Below, one piece after another: positions 1 through 7,772 of a DNA stretch of 47,193 nt (position 1 is its first letter; every line of letters begins with the position of its first letter). Both the position numbers and the translations under genes were made by a program. Source of the stretch: an uncultured Spongiibacteraceae bacterium (GTDB lineage: Bacteria > Pseudomonadota > Gammaproteobacteria > Pseudomonadales > DT-91); assembly GCA_965368985.1 (NCBI GenBank), contig CBDUPD010000001.1:1-47193 (forward strand), in the 5' to 3' direction. The notes under the pieces were generated by a model. That model searched no databases. It was not told the origin of the DNA and saw only the letters and a list, made by a program, of their open reading frames with translations.

Positions 1-146
1 CCCCGCAGTCCAGGCACCTGCCAGGAGTACCTTTTTGCAATACTGACAAGTCTGTCGCTAAACACAGAAATAATTGCCACTGGCGGTATGTCATTGCAAC
101 CTTTATCAACTTATTGACAGTGGTGGTATCTGGTATTAAAACCATG

Positions 147-659
147 TCACTTATCCCTCAACAGCTGAGTCTTAATCTGTGAGCCATAGCTTGAGCCAAA
201 GTAATAAGTGATCACTGATATCCAAGCAGTACCCAGTGACCCCAGCATGACTTCAATAACGCCCTGTGTGCCTTGTTGAATGGGATAGAGCATCATCATG
301 GCTAATACACCAAAGAAGCCGAATGTGAGCAACAAGGCCAGCACAGCGGGTATCTTGTCTTTGGTGACCATCTCACGCTGACGGGCACTGTCGCGGTCCA
401 TGGCAGCAATCTTCTGCTCATCTATCCCAAGTTCTGCCATCTTGGTTTTGTAGTCAGCATCCACTCGGCGTAATTCAACTAATTGCTCAGGTGTAGCGGA
501 GGCTAATGCTTTTTCGATTTCAGCTTCACTGGCGTTTTCATTGCCCAGTAATACCTCACCAACTAATTTGCCAGCAGCCGCACCAAAGGGGCCACCAATC
601 ATCGTGCCAAGGAAAGGAGCAACAGTGCCGAGGATTTTCTTTAAATTCATGCCACCCAT
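147..659 (-). CDS. Holin-like lysis membrane protein (resembles the GTA-type 3-TM holin family)
   Basis: 170 aa. It has an N-terminal glycine zipper (GTVAPFLGTMIGGPFGAAAG), a charged helical middle and a hydrophobic C-terminal third with about 3 TM segments. Met4 (650) forms an ATGA overlap with the endolysin stop. Confidence 0.6.
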   Translation of the reverse strand: MGGMNLKKILGTVAPFLGTMIGGPFGAAAGKLVGEVLLGNENASEAEIEKALASATPEQLVELRRVDADYKTKMAELGIDEQKIAAMDRDSARQREMVTKDKIPAVLALLLTFGFFGVLAMMMLYPIQQGTQGVIEVMLGSLGTAWISVITYYFGSSYGSQIKTQLLRDK

Positions 660-1126
660 TCCTCATAGTGTTTGATGAATTCTTTTACCTTACCTTTACC
701 CAGGTGGGTGTTGTAATGCTGCTTCCAGTAGTTGGCTAAGCCTATAATGTCATTGGCATCTGGTAGTGATTCTGGCACACGGTAATAAATCACGCGCGCA
801 ATCGCGGTGCTATAAGCAAGGTTGGTGATTAATTCACTTTCCTTGGCTTCCCAAGTGCAGCGATCGGATGTCAAATGGCTGATCGCATCGGATAGCTCAT
901 GTTGGTATTTGAGATAATTTTTCCAAACATCTTTGTGGGTGTTGGGCTCGATTTGATAAATACCCAATGCTGGGCCTTTCACTTGTGTTAAATAATGTCC
1001 TAATTGTGATTCTTGCGCTGTAGTGCCAAGTAATAGATTTTCAGCCGCTTCAGACCAAAGGTTAATAGCCTGTAGCGTCGGTCGGATCACATGCTGTCTT
1101 AGCTCACTGGCTTTGATGCCGCTCAT
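647..1126 (-). CDS. Endolysin, SLT-type lytic transglycosylase
   Basis: 159 aa. Motif TTAQESQLG...GPALGIYQIEP matches the catalytic E-S ... G-L/I-x-Q signature of soluble lytic transglycosylase domains. RBS AAGGA precedes the ATG, and the gene is adjacent to the holin. Confidence 0.75.
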   Translation of the reverse strand: MSGIKASELRQHVIRPTLQAINLWSEAAENLLLGTTAQESQLGHYLTQVKGPALGIYQIEPNTHKDVWKNYLKYQHELSDAISHLTSDRCTWEAKESELITNLAYSTAIARVIYYRVPESLPDANDIIGLANYWKQHYNTHLGKGKVKEFIKHYEEWVA

Positions 1127-1197
1127 GGCTGTAATTCCTTTAAAGTGATTCCAACACCTCAGTGGCGATGCTGTGTCGTTTTTAGGTATCTGAAACG

Positions 1198-1234
1198 AAA
1201 AAAGCCCGATCAGGGGTGCTGACCAGGCTTTTTT
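1198..1234 (-). terminator. Strong intrinsic terminator between the Q-like gene and the lysis genes
   Basis: On the minus strand: AGCCUGGUCAG-CACC-CUGAUCGGGCU (11-bp stem including 2 G.U pairs) followed by UUUUUU. An A-run lies on the other side, so it could work in both directions. Confidence 0.7.
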
Positions 1235-1241
1235 AGGACAT

Positions 1242-1264
1242 AAAAAAACCGCTCTAGGCGGCCG
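1242..1264 (-). terminator. Second, weaker intrinsic terminator candidate upstream of the first
   Basis: On the minus strand: short GC stem CCGC-CUAGA-GCGG followed by UUUUUUU. Confidence 0.4.
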
Positions 1265-1291
1265 TTTACAAAACTATCCAATAATAGAAGA

Positions 1292-1320
1292 TTTATAGCA
1301 AAATCGTCCGGCAGATGCAA
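1292..1320 (-). promoter_or_regulatory. Candidate late promoter (pR'-like) downstream of the Q-like gene
   Basis: On the minus strand: TTGCAT - 17 nt - TATAAA with a TGn extended -10. It lies between the Q-like stop (1348) and the tandem terminators. Confidence 0.35.
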
Positions 1321-1347
1321 GCAAAAACGGAATAAAACTTACAATTA

Positions 1348-1722
1348 TCATTTGACACTCAATCGTCCAGCCAACCATTGCTTACCCATATCGACATAAA
1401 CTTTGAATTGAGTGCGAGAAACACCGACTTTCTTGGCTTTGTGTGGCAATGTGCCTCTGTCAAAGTATTGGGAACGTAGAGCTTGGGCTAATTTTGGCGT
1501 TTGGCGAGCGATTTCGGCTACCAACGCCTCGATTTCTTCAGCTTGAATATTTTCTGGCGGATAGACGGGGCCTGTCGTTTTGATCAGATAACCGCCGGTT
1601 TCCATGAGGCGGGCTTCTAAGCTCTTCTTGGGATAGCCCAGCCCAAAGTCGTTATGGCGCAGGTACCAATCTGCCCACTCCTCAAGACGACGTTCAATGT
1701 ACTGCATTACATCATTTTGCAT
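1348..1722 (-). CDS. Late-gene antiterminator, Q-like
   Basis: 124 aa. Starts ...IERRLEEWADWY..., with a C-terminal HTH-like KKVGVSRTQFKVYVDMGKQWL. It follows rusA and precedes a promoter/terminator/lysis unit, as in lambdoid phages. Confidence 0.6.
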   Translation of the reverse strand: MQNDVMQYIERRLEEWADWYLRHNDFGLGYPKKSLEARLMETGGYLIKTTGPVYPPENIQAEEIEALVAEIARQTPKLAQALRSQYFDRGTLPHKAKKVGVSRTQFKVYVDMGKQWLAGRLSVK

Positions 1723-2077
1723 AGGCTACCTCCAGTGGGCTGATTTCAGCTTGGATTCGCCCTGGCTTTTCAACTTGGGCACGAACAATCCGCAAGTCAT
1801 CTATTTGACTGTCATCGTGATAAACACCACCAGCCTGCATCGCATCGAGTATGGCTTTGTTGAGATTATCTAAATCACGTCGGCGATGATCAGGAGGGAA
1901 GGCCATTAGATGGACCTTAAGTGGGCCTTCCAAGGGGGATTTTATTTTTAGGCAGACTAGCTTTACGGCTTCACGATATTGTCTGCCTCGGTGGCTTACT
2001 AACACTTTGCCGTTGGTATAACGCCAGTAGTGATTGACTGAGGGTGGAAACGGCAGGTTAAGTGTTATCATTTTCAC
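1712..2077 (-). CDS. rusA: RusA-family Holliday junction resolvase
   Basis: 121 aa. Contains LPFPPSVNHYW, RRRDLDNLNKAILDA and YHDDSQI, the characteristic RusA motifs including the catalytic Asp cluster. Confidence 0.9.
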   Translation of the reverse strand: MKMITLNLPFPPSVNHYWRYTNGKVLVSHRGRQYREAVKLVCLKIKSPLEGPLKVHLMAFPPDHRRRDLDNLNKAILDAMQAGGVYHDDSQIDDLRIVRAQVEKPGRIQAEISPLEVAYAK

Positions 2078-2750
2078 CTCGATATTCTGCAGGCAAGTGA
2101 TGTTGAAGGTTGTGCTGTGTTGCCCATTGGTTTAAAACATCAGGCGGGACTTCGCTCCAGCTGCTAAAGTCCAGCTGATTTTTAAGTGCTTCCCACGCCC
2201 ACCGGCTGATATAGTCAATGCGTTTTTTATCAAACCATTCCTTACCGCCTAGCGCTGATTCACCTTGTTGATGTTGCAAGGCATGATGTTGATGACACAG
2301 TGGTATGGCTGAATACTCAGGCTTAATGGCGACACCTGCACCATTGGCAACACGACGGACGTGTGCTGCTTCAGTCGGGTGGTGCTCATTGGGTGGTGAT
2401 TGGCAGTAAGCACATGGTTGTTGTCTTAACCACGATAAAAATGCTTGGTCGCTATCAATCACTTGCCAAATGTTAGGCGTACGAAAAAATGCAGAAAGGC
2501 GAAGAGCCTTAGCTTGTTCGCCGTAAGGTGTTTTCGCTTTTTCACCAGCGATAAATTCTTGTTGCATTAGTGCTTGGGCAGCTTCTAAATCCAGCTGTAC
2601 AACAGCGATTGGTGTTCCAGGCTCACCGAGTTGTCGCATCACACTTTCACGATATCGTGGCTCAAAATCAATTTTCAATCGCACAGTACCATCAACCAAT
2701 GTCGTCAGTGTGCGTGATACTGCAGGTATTGCAGCGTTTTCTTCAGTCAT
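2058..2750 (-). CDS. Nin-region protein with a C-terminal Cys/His (HNH-like, DUF968-like) module
   Basis: 230 aa. Contains CAYCQ...HHPTEAAHVRR...GVAIKPEYSAIPLCHQHHALQH. Its position between the replication genes and rusA is typical of lambdoid nin genes. Confidence 0.5.
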   Translation of the reverse strand: MTEENAAIPAVSRTLTTLVDGTVRLKIDFEPRYRESVMRQLGEPGTPIAVVQLDLEAAQALMQQEFIAGEKAKTPYGEQAKALRLSAFFRTPNIWQVIDSDQAFLSWLRQQPCAYCQSPPNEHHPTEAAHVRRVANGAGVAIKPEYSAIPLCHQHHALQHQQGESALGGKEWFDKKRIDYISRWAWEALKNQLDFSSWSEVPPDVLNQWATQHNLQHHLPAEYRGENDNT

Positions 2751-3397
2751 GCGGTTTTCTCCGTTGTGATGGGTAATTGATTAATTAACTTGTGAATGGG
2801 TTGGCCCAGTTGCTGTATTTGCAAAGTTGTATTGCCACCAGACAACATCACTTGTTCTGCTTTTTGTGGATCGCCGATGAGTAGTGGTGGTTTGATAGGG
2901 TAACCATCTTTGCCATTGTCACGTTCAGTAATGCCGCGTAAATATTTTGGATGGCGCTGCGGTGGTTTATTAACAAAACCCATGTAGCGCTTTTGAAATT
3001 CATTGGCACGAAATGGCATCTCAGTTACAGTTACCGAACACAACTTTACCCAGCCCCCCATATCATCAAGTACGGCATGGATGAGTGGATCATCAAAAGC
3101 AATGCTCTGGTAACTTCCGATTCTCGATATGGCTTTTTCAACTTTGGCCCAGGCTTGCAATGCTTTGGTTTCACCACAGCCCTCGATGAAACGCACGACA
3201 TCTGCGGGCTTTGGAAAAAACTGTCCGCAATCAGGATTGTTGATGTGTGATTGAAAAGCTTGTCGCACATCGCATAACTCAAAGCGTTTAAGTGACTGCC
3301 AGTAAATATCTGTTAGTGCCTCAGAGATTGCTTTGCCATACAGCTCTCCGATACCGGCAATCATGGCAGTGAATTTTGGAATATCACTCGGCAACAT
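2747..3397 (-). CDS. Replicative helicase loader-like protein (G39P-like N-terminal domain)
   Basis: 216 aa. Pattern F..MIAGIGELYGK...WQSLKRFELCDVRQAFQSHI...FFPKPADVVRFI resembles loader/inhibitor-of-G40P family proteins. It lies immediately downstream of the initiator gene. Confidence 0.5.
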   Translation of the reverse strand: MLPSDIPKFTAMIAGIGELYGKAISEALTDIYWQSLKRFELCDVRQAFQSHINNPDCGQFFPKPADVVRFIEGCGETKALQAWAKVEKAISRIGSYQSIAFDDPLIHAVLDDMGGWVKLCSVTVTEMPFRANEFQKRYMGFVNKPPQRHPKYLRGITERDNGKDGYPIKPPLLIGDPQKAEQVMLSGGNTTLQIQQLGQPIHKLINQLPITTEKTA

Positions 3398-4319
3398 TAG
3401 CTTCTTCCTCGGCGATTTTTTTATTCATCCAACGCTCTAGGGTTTGTACGTTGGCTTGTGTTTTCCGATCAGCCTCACTGATAGGCCGTGGGGGCTGATG
3501 GTAGTTATGCATGAAGCGGTCGATTTGATCGCCATCGCGTAAGATCACATGCAGGCCGTCATAGCGTTGCCCACGATCGTTATCGCCGATGTTGTGTGGG
3601 GTATAACTGCAACCGGTGATGGCATGACAAAGCTGCTCAACGTTGTAACCAGACTTGAGCGCTTTGCGGATAATGGCTTTGCGTTTGTCATCGAGTTTGG
3701 CGTTAGGGTGATTCATCACTGTTTTCCAATGATCAAAAATCTGACTGGTGGCATTGGTATCGGTTGACGGTCGCGTCACCGACGCGTCAATACTTCCTTT
3801 CCCTATTCCATACTCCATATTCCCTTCCATATTCCCTTCCATATTCCATATTCCCCCCGGGCATGCCCGTGACGCTTCAGCCACGGGTGATTCACGCGTG
3901 GAGCACGCGTCGGTCACGGATGAGTCATCTGCTGTTACATCCTTGTTTTTAGGGATCTTTGTTGTTTCAAAAGGAGTGGATTCTTCAGGCGAAGGAATAT
4001 CACTGGCCATTTCACGGTGATTAATTTGTTGATGACGAGACCAGGAAGGAATAGAGCCGTAAACCTCACCATTTTTTTCGTACTTCACGATAAAGCCACG
4101 CGTGACCAATGCGTCAAGCACGCATGAAATATCGATGTCATCATAGGGAAATACATCTAGTTTTAACCGCCGTGGTCGCCAACGAAATCTGCCGTCTCGA
4201 TCACAGCAAGTAAATAATGCGATAAATGCCAACCGTAGCGGCAATTGGGATGCTATTTCTGCTTCAAATAAATCTTCATGTTTAAATAATTCAGGTTTTA
4301 CCGTACGTATCCTGGCCAT
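3384..4319 (-). CDS. Replication initiator (lambda O analogue) with a conserved phage C-terminal domain
   Basis: Start moved to MARIRTVKPELF (ATG at 4319, RBS GAGG upstream, 8 nt after the upstream stop). The C-terminal FDHWKTVMNHPNAKLDDKRKAIIRKAL...ITGCSYTPHNIG resembles the phage replication-protein C-terminal domain. A repetitive linker (MEGNMEGNMEYG) is encoded by the iterons. Confidence 0.65.
   Translation of the reverse strand: MARIRTVKPELFKHEDLFEAEIASQLPLRLAFIALFTCCDRDGRFRWRPRRLKLDVFPYDDIDISCVLDALVTRGFIVKYEKNGEVYGSIPSWSRHQQINHREMASDIPSPEESTPFETTKIPKNKDVTADDSSVTDACSTRESPVAEASRACPGGIWNMEGNMEGNMEYGIGKGSIDASVTRPSTDTNATSQIFDHWKTVMNHPNAKLDDKRKAIIRKALKSGYNVEQLCHAITGCSYTPHNIGDNDRGQRYDGLHVILRDGDQIDRFMHNYHQPPRPISEADRKTQANVQTLERWMNKKIAEEEANVAE
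3802..3858. repeat. Iteron-like tandem repeats (CCATATTCC core, 12-bp register); candidate replication origin inside the initiator gene
   Basis: CCATATTCCCTT at 3815-3826 and 3827-3838. CCATATTCC at 3839-3847 and 3846-3854. Degenerate copies at 3802-3816. Flanked by the 12-bp palindrome CGGGCATGCCCG (3858-3869) and the inverted repeat GTCACCGACGCGT (3775-3787) / ACGCGTCGGTCAC (3905-3917). Confidence 0.55.
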
Positions 4320-4329
4320 TCTTACTACC

Positions 4330-4740
4330 TCATTCAGTATTGCCAAATGCGCGCATTGCATTGGCTTGTTGAAACCATTGATGAGATTCATCCCATACTA
4401 TTCGCCGACTCACTGGATTGACGATGCGCTCCTGCACACTGCCATTATCGTTTGCTGTCCAAATAATTAATTCCTTGGGCTGACGCTTGCCATGAAGAAT
4501 AAATACCGTCCAGACTTTTGTTTTGATAAGTGATTCCAATGTAATTAGCTGGCCCTTGGGCACAGGCACACCAATGTGCTTGGTTTCATACAATAGAAAT
4601 TGTCCGTGGCGCTCGACCACCGCATCAAAATCCATGGGCATAATGGCGGGGCCAAATGCACCTTTGAGCCAGTCCCAATCAAACAAGCCGTCAAACCCCG
4701 CAGGTTTGGCCCCATCAAATAATCGCTGGTTATTAATCAT
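4330..4740 (-). CDS. Hypothetical early protein, possible PD-(D/E)xK nuclease fold
   Basis: 136 aa. PMDFDAVVERHGQFLLYETKH gives a D...E-x-K arrangement. The gene is tightly packed between the ParB-like gene and the initiator. Confidence 0.45.
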   Translation of the reverse strand: MINNQRLFDGAKPAGFDGLFDWDWLKGAFGPAIMPMDFDAVVERHGQFLLYETKHIGVPVPKGQLITLESLIKTKVWTVFILHGKRQPKELIIWTANDNGSVQERIVNPVSRRIVWDESHQWFQQANAMRAFGNTE

Positions 4741-5539
4741 GTCGCTTACTCCTCTCCATTAAAAAATCGTGTTGCTGTTGGTGAGTCGATGTGGCAATCT
4801 TTGCTGCGAGTGATACTGAAATTGATTTCTTGTCCATTGCTGTTATTAGTGCAGGTATGCCTAGCTGGATAACCTTTTTAGCGCGCCGGTAAGCATCCCG
4901 ATTAGTAAATCCTGCAAGCTTTGCTGAAATATCATCGGATTTGCCTTGAAGATGGGAGCATTTGCGCCTACCTTTTCGGTTACCAAGCCGGTTTTCGTGG
5001 TTGATTGCGACAAAAACTCGGTCACTAATTGTGATAAGCTCATTGAGTTCAGTAATCAGCCGCACACCTAGCAGCAGCGCTTCAGTGTCTACAACAATGG
5101 CGGTGATAGTTGCATGGCCTAATGCTTTGTGCGCTTCAAGCCTTAAGTGACCAGTAATTAAGCTGAGATCAGCACCTACAATGATTGGTTTTGCTAACTC
5201 ATGTTTATCTTGGGATAGGGGAATTTGCTCCCGCTTTATGTTAGTTACCGCAATGTTACGGATCGGAATATTGATGGCTTTGGTGCCATCATTGTCGCGC
5301 AATCGCCGCATTACTTTGTTTGCCGCCACTTCATCAGGGGCTAATCTTTCAGTACTCACACCTGTTATTTCCTCGGTTAAAATTGCATATTGATAAGGAA
5401 TCGCGTCATCACGATTCAGCCAGTTATTCACTTGTGATCGCTTAGCACCAATTCTCTTCGCTAACCCAGCGACACTGCTGCAGAAGCGAATCGCCTCTAG
5501 TAGCGCTCGTCTTTTTGTTTCGTATTTGTCCACAAACAT
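4733..5539 (-). CDS. Cro/YdaS-like HTH fused to a ParB-like (ParB N-domain plus HTH) protein; first gene of the rightward early operon
   Basis: 268 aa. N-terminus: AGLAKRIGAKRSQVNNWL...ILTEEITGVSTERLAPDE (YdaS/Cro-type HTH). Middle: IPIRNIAV...LITGHLRLEAHKALG (ParB/sulfiredoxin-type G-H-x-R motif). C-terminus: KKVIQLGIPALITAMDKKSISVSLAAKIA (ParB/KorB-type HTH). Confidence 0.7.
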   Translation of the reverse strand: MFVDKYETKRRALLEAIRFCSSVAGLAKRIGAKRSQVNNWLNRDDAIPYQYAILTEEITGVSTERLAPDEVAANKVMRRLRDNDGTKAINIPIRNIAVTNIKREQIPLSQDKHELAKPIIVGADLSLITGHLRLEAHKALGHATITAIVVDTEALLLGVRLITELNELITISDRVFVAINHENRLGNRKGRRKCSHLQGKSDDISAKLAGFTNRDAYRRAKKVIQLGIPALITAMDKKSISVSLAAKIATSTHQQQHDFLMERSKRHD

Positions 5540-5716
5540 CCCTTTGCCCTCGTAAATTCCATAACGCTTAATGCGATTCCATTTGGAAACCTCCGTTTTC
5601 GTGGGTCATGGCAAGTTCTGCCACCCATCAATATTTTACTGAGGGCGATTGGCACATATGTGTCACTTTTCCTCGGTACAGTAAGGGCTGAATCAACAGA
5701 CCTTAGGAGTAAAAAT
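5540..5716. promoter_or_regulatory. Divergent early control region (switch region)
   Basis: Non-coding gap between the divergent early operons. Contains a perfect 10-bp palindrome CACATATGTG (5653-5662) and the hairpin TGGCA-agttc-TGCCA (5609-5623). I could not place the promoters with confidence. Confidence 0.4.
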
Positions 5717-5854
5717 ATGGTGATGATTGACCAGATAACCGCGAAGGAGCGCTTGGCTTCGTTGCAGATTAAGCGTGGAGGTTGGCGAAAATGGTTTGGT
5801 TTTTTGATCCCAAAACATCGAATCAAGGGGGTGGAAAATGAGCGCAAAATTTAA
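5717..5854 (+). CDS. Small basic hypothetical protein (45 aa), first ORF of the leftward early operon
   Basis: AGGAG lies 7 nt upstream of the ATG at 5717. Its 3' end overlaps the next gene's start. No recognisable family. Confidence 0.35.
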   Translation: MVMIDQITAKERLASLQIKRGGWRKWFGFLIPKHRIKGVENERKI

Positions 5855-6236
5855 GCAAATGGTGCGTGATTTGGTGGCTGACGGTATTTCACAAGTAGAT
5901 GAACTCCGTGATAGCGATAAGCGACGCTTAACGGCCATATATCTCAAAGAAGCCGAGAAAATTGAACAATGGGAATTTATAACTGAGCCACCGGCTTGTG
6001 AAAAATTGCCGGGGTTTTTAATTGATTTATTGGAGGGTCGTCGTAACGGGACATTAGGGTTTTATTCGCCTGAAATAACGCTTGCCATCACTATGGCAAC
6101 GGCAGCGATTAATTGGTGTATGGACAATATCGAGGAAGAGATCGAAGAAGCCGTTGCTGAACAAAAAGCTGAGCAACGATTTGATCATCGCAAGGGTTAC
6201 AGCAATTACAAAGAGGATTTAGATTATGGCTACTGA
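5838..6236 (+). CDS. Hypothetical early protein (acidic C-terminal half)
   Basis: 132 aa. A purine-rich RBS is present and the 3' end overlaps the ERF start. No recognisable motif. Confidence 0.6.
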   Translation: MSAKFKQMVRDLVADGISQVDELRDSDKRRLTAIYLKEAEKIEQWEFITEPPACEKLPGFLIDLLEGRRNGTLGFYSPEITLAITMATAAINWCMDNIEEEIEEAVAEQKAEQRFDHRKGYSNYKEDLDYGY

Positions 6237-6864
6237 TGCAGGACTAAAGAACTTAGCCACAAAAATGATCCATATCATGAGCGATGTGGAATACATCCAG
6301 AAAACAGGCTTTAACCAATTTCATAAATATAAATATGCAACCGAAGCTGATGTCGCGGCAGCGTTTGCTAAGGCTATGCAGCAGCATAATGTTTTTATGT
6401 TTTCATCGGTTGTAGAGCGACATTGCCAGTCCTATCAGACGCGTGGAAATAAAGAATCCTTTTTAATTACTGTGAAGCTACAAGTGACTTTTGTTGATGC
6501 AGATAGTGGAGAAAGTTTTACGGGTATTTTTTTCGGTGATGGCTCAGATCCAGATGACAAAGGAATTTACAAAGCCATCACTGGCGCACAGAAGTATGCA
6601 TTGATGAAAACATTTTTGGCCGAAACGGGTGATGATCCTGAGCGTGATGAAGCTTCACCCCCACAGCAAAAGACAAACATTGATAAATCCAAATTAATTA
6701 CTTCATTAGAGTCGAAGGCTCGTCAAGGTACAGAAGTATTTCGCGCCGAATGGCGCACGTTAACCGCAGAGCAACGTGATGTGGTGCGCGATAAAACCGG
6801 TGTTTTTCAACAGCTTGCTAGTCAAGCTGATCAATCATTATCACAGGAGGATATTCCACAATGA
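6226..6864 (+). CDS. ERF-family single-strand annealing recombinase
   Basis: 212 aa. Contains NQFHKYKYATEADV and KGIYKAITGAQKYALMKTFLAETGDDPERD, typical of the ERF superfamily. Followed by Gp157 and SSB, as in many siphoviruses. Confidence 0.85.
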   Translation: MATDAGLKNLATKMIHIMSDVEYIQKTGFNQFHKYKYATEADVAAAFAKAMQQHNVFMFSSVVERHCQSYQTRGNKESFLITVKLQVTFVDADSGESFTGIFFGDGSDPDDKGIYKAITGAQKYALMKTFLAETGDDPERDEASPPQQKTNIDKSKLITSLESKARQGTEVFRAEWRTLTAEQRDVVRDKTGVFQQLASQADQSLSQEDIPQ

Positions 6865-7358
6865 ATTTAAGTTTATATAAAGTTGCAGATGAATACTTGC
6901 AGGTGTGTGAAGCACTGCTCGATCAAAAGGATGAGTTGCCCGCTGAAGTTATCGCCAATACGATTGAAGCATTAGCCGGTGACGTTGAGAAAAAATCAAT
7001 TAACGTCGCAGCCTATTACAAAAATCTGCAAAAGGAAGTGGCGGCAATGAAAGAGTATGAAAAAGAAATGCGTGAACGTCGCCGTCGTATTGAAAATCAT
7101 GCTGAGCGATTACGTGAATATTTAAAGTCAAATATGCATCGTTGCGGGATTCAAAAAATTAAAGGCACTGAATTCACTATTAGTATTCGCAAATCACCAG
7201 ACTCGGTTGTAATAGATGATGCGTATAGCTTGCCGCAAGATTATATCGATCACATCGATATCCACCCTGACAAAGCAAAAATTAAATCAGCCATTCAAGG
7301 CGGTGAAAAAGTGGTGGGCGCACATTTGGAAACGGGCAGCAGTTTAATTATTCGGTAG
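6861..7358 (+). CDS. Siphovirus Gp157-like protein
   Basis: 165 aa. Coiled-coil N-terminus (YKNLQKEVAAMKEYEKEMRERRRRIENHAERLREYL) followed by GTEFTISIRKSP. The position between erf and ssb is characteristic. Confidence 0.65.
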   Translation: MNLSLYKVADEYLQVCEALLDQKDELPAEVIANTIEALAGDVEKKSINVAAYYKNLQKEVAAMKEYEKEMRERRRRIENHAERLREYLKSNMHRCGIQKIKGTEFTISIRKSPDSVVIDDAYSLPQDYIDHIDIHPDKAKIKSAIQGGEKVVGAHLETGSSLIIR

Positions 7359-7368
7359 GAGATAAGTG

Positions 7369-7755
7369 ATGAGTAATGGCGTTAATAAAGTAATTTTGGT
7401 TGGCAATTTAGGTGCTGATCCTGAAGTGCGTTATTTCCCAAACGGTGGTGCCACTACCAAGCTCCGTGTCGCCACCAGTGAATCGTGGAAGGACAAGGAA
7501 ACCGGGCAAAAACAAGAGCGCACTGAGTGGCATCAAGTTTGTTTCTTTAATCGATTGGCTGAAATTGCTGGGGAGTATTTGCAAAAAGGCAGCAAGGTCT
7601 ATGTCGAAGGAAGTTTACGAACACGTAAGTGGGCGGATAAGAATGGCAATGACCACTACACCACGGAAGTTATTGGCAAACAAATGCAAATTCTTGATAG
7701 CCATAAAGCATCAACTGATGGTGATGCTATGGCAAACGAAGATATTCCATTTTAA
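7369..7755 (+). CDS. ssb: Single-stranded DNA-binding protein
   Basis: OB-fold N-terminus [23 protein letters not shown]...ERTEWH and an acidic C-terminal tip NEDIPF. The ATG at 7369 lies 8 nt after AGGAG; the ORF track starts at a GTG at 7366. Confidence 0.95.
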   Translation: MSNGVNKVILVGNLGADPEVRYFPNGGATTKLRVATSESWKDKETGQKQERTEWHQVCFFNRLAEIAGEYLQKGSKVYVEGSLRTRKWADKNGNDHYTTEVIGKQMQILDSHKASTDGDAMANEDIPF

Positions 7756-7772
7756 GGACGGAGGAGCAAATC

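Noticed and set aside
3802-3858. Short tandem repeats as a CRISPR-like array
   Set aside because: The units are 7-12 bp with no spacers and lie in-frame inside the replication initiator gene. They fit iterons, not CRISPR.
5497-5947. Minus-strand ORFs 5497-5847 and 5693-5947 as candidate repressor genes in the switch region
   Set aside because: They overlap the well-supported plus-strand genes and the ParB-fusion start. They lack an SD and have an implausible composition (Cys/Arg/Phe-rich, no HTH).
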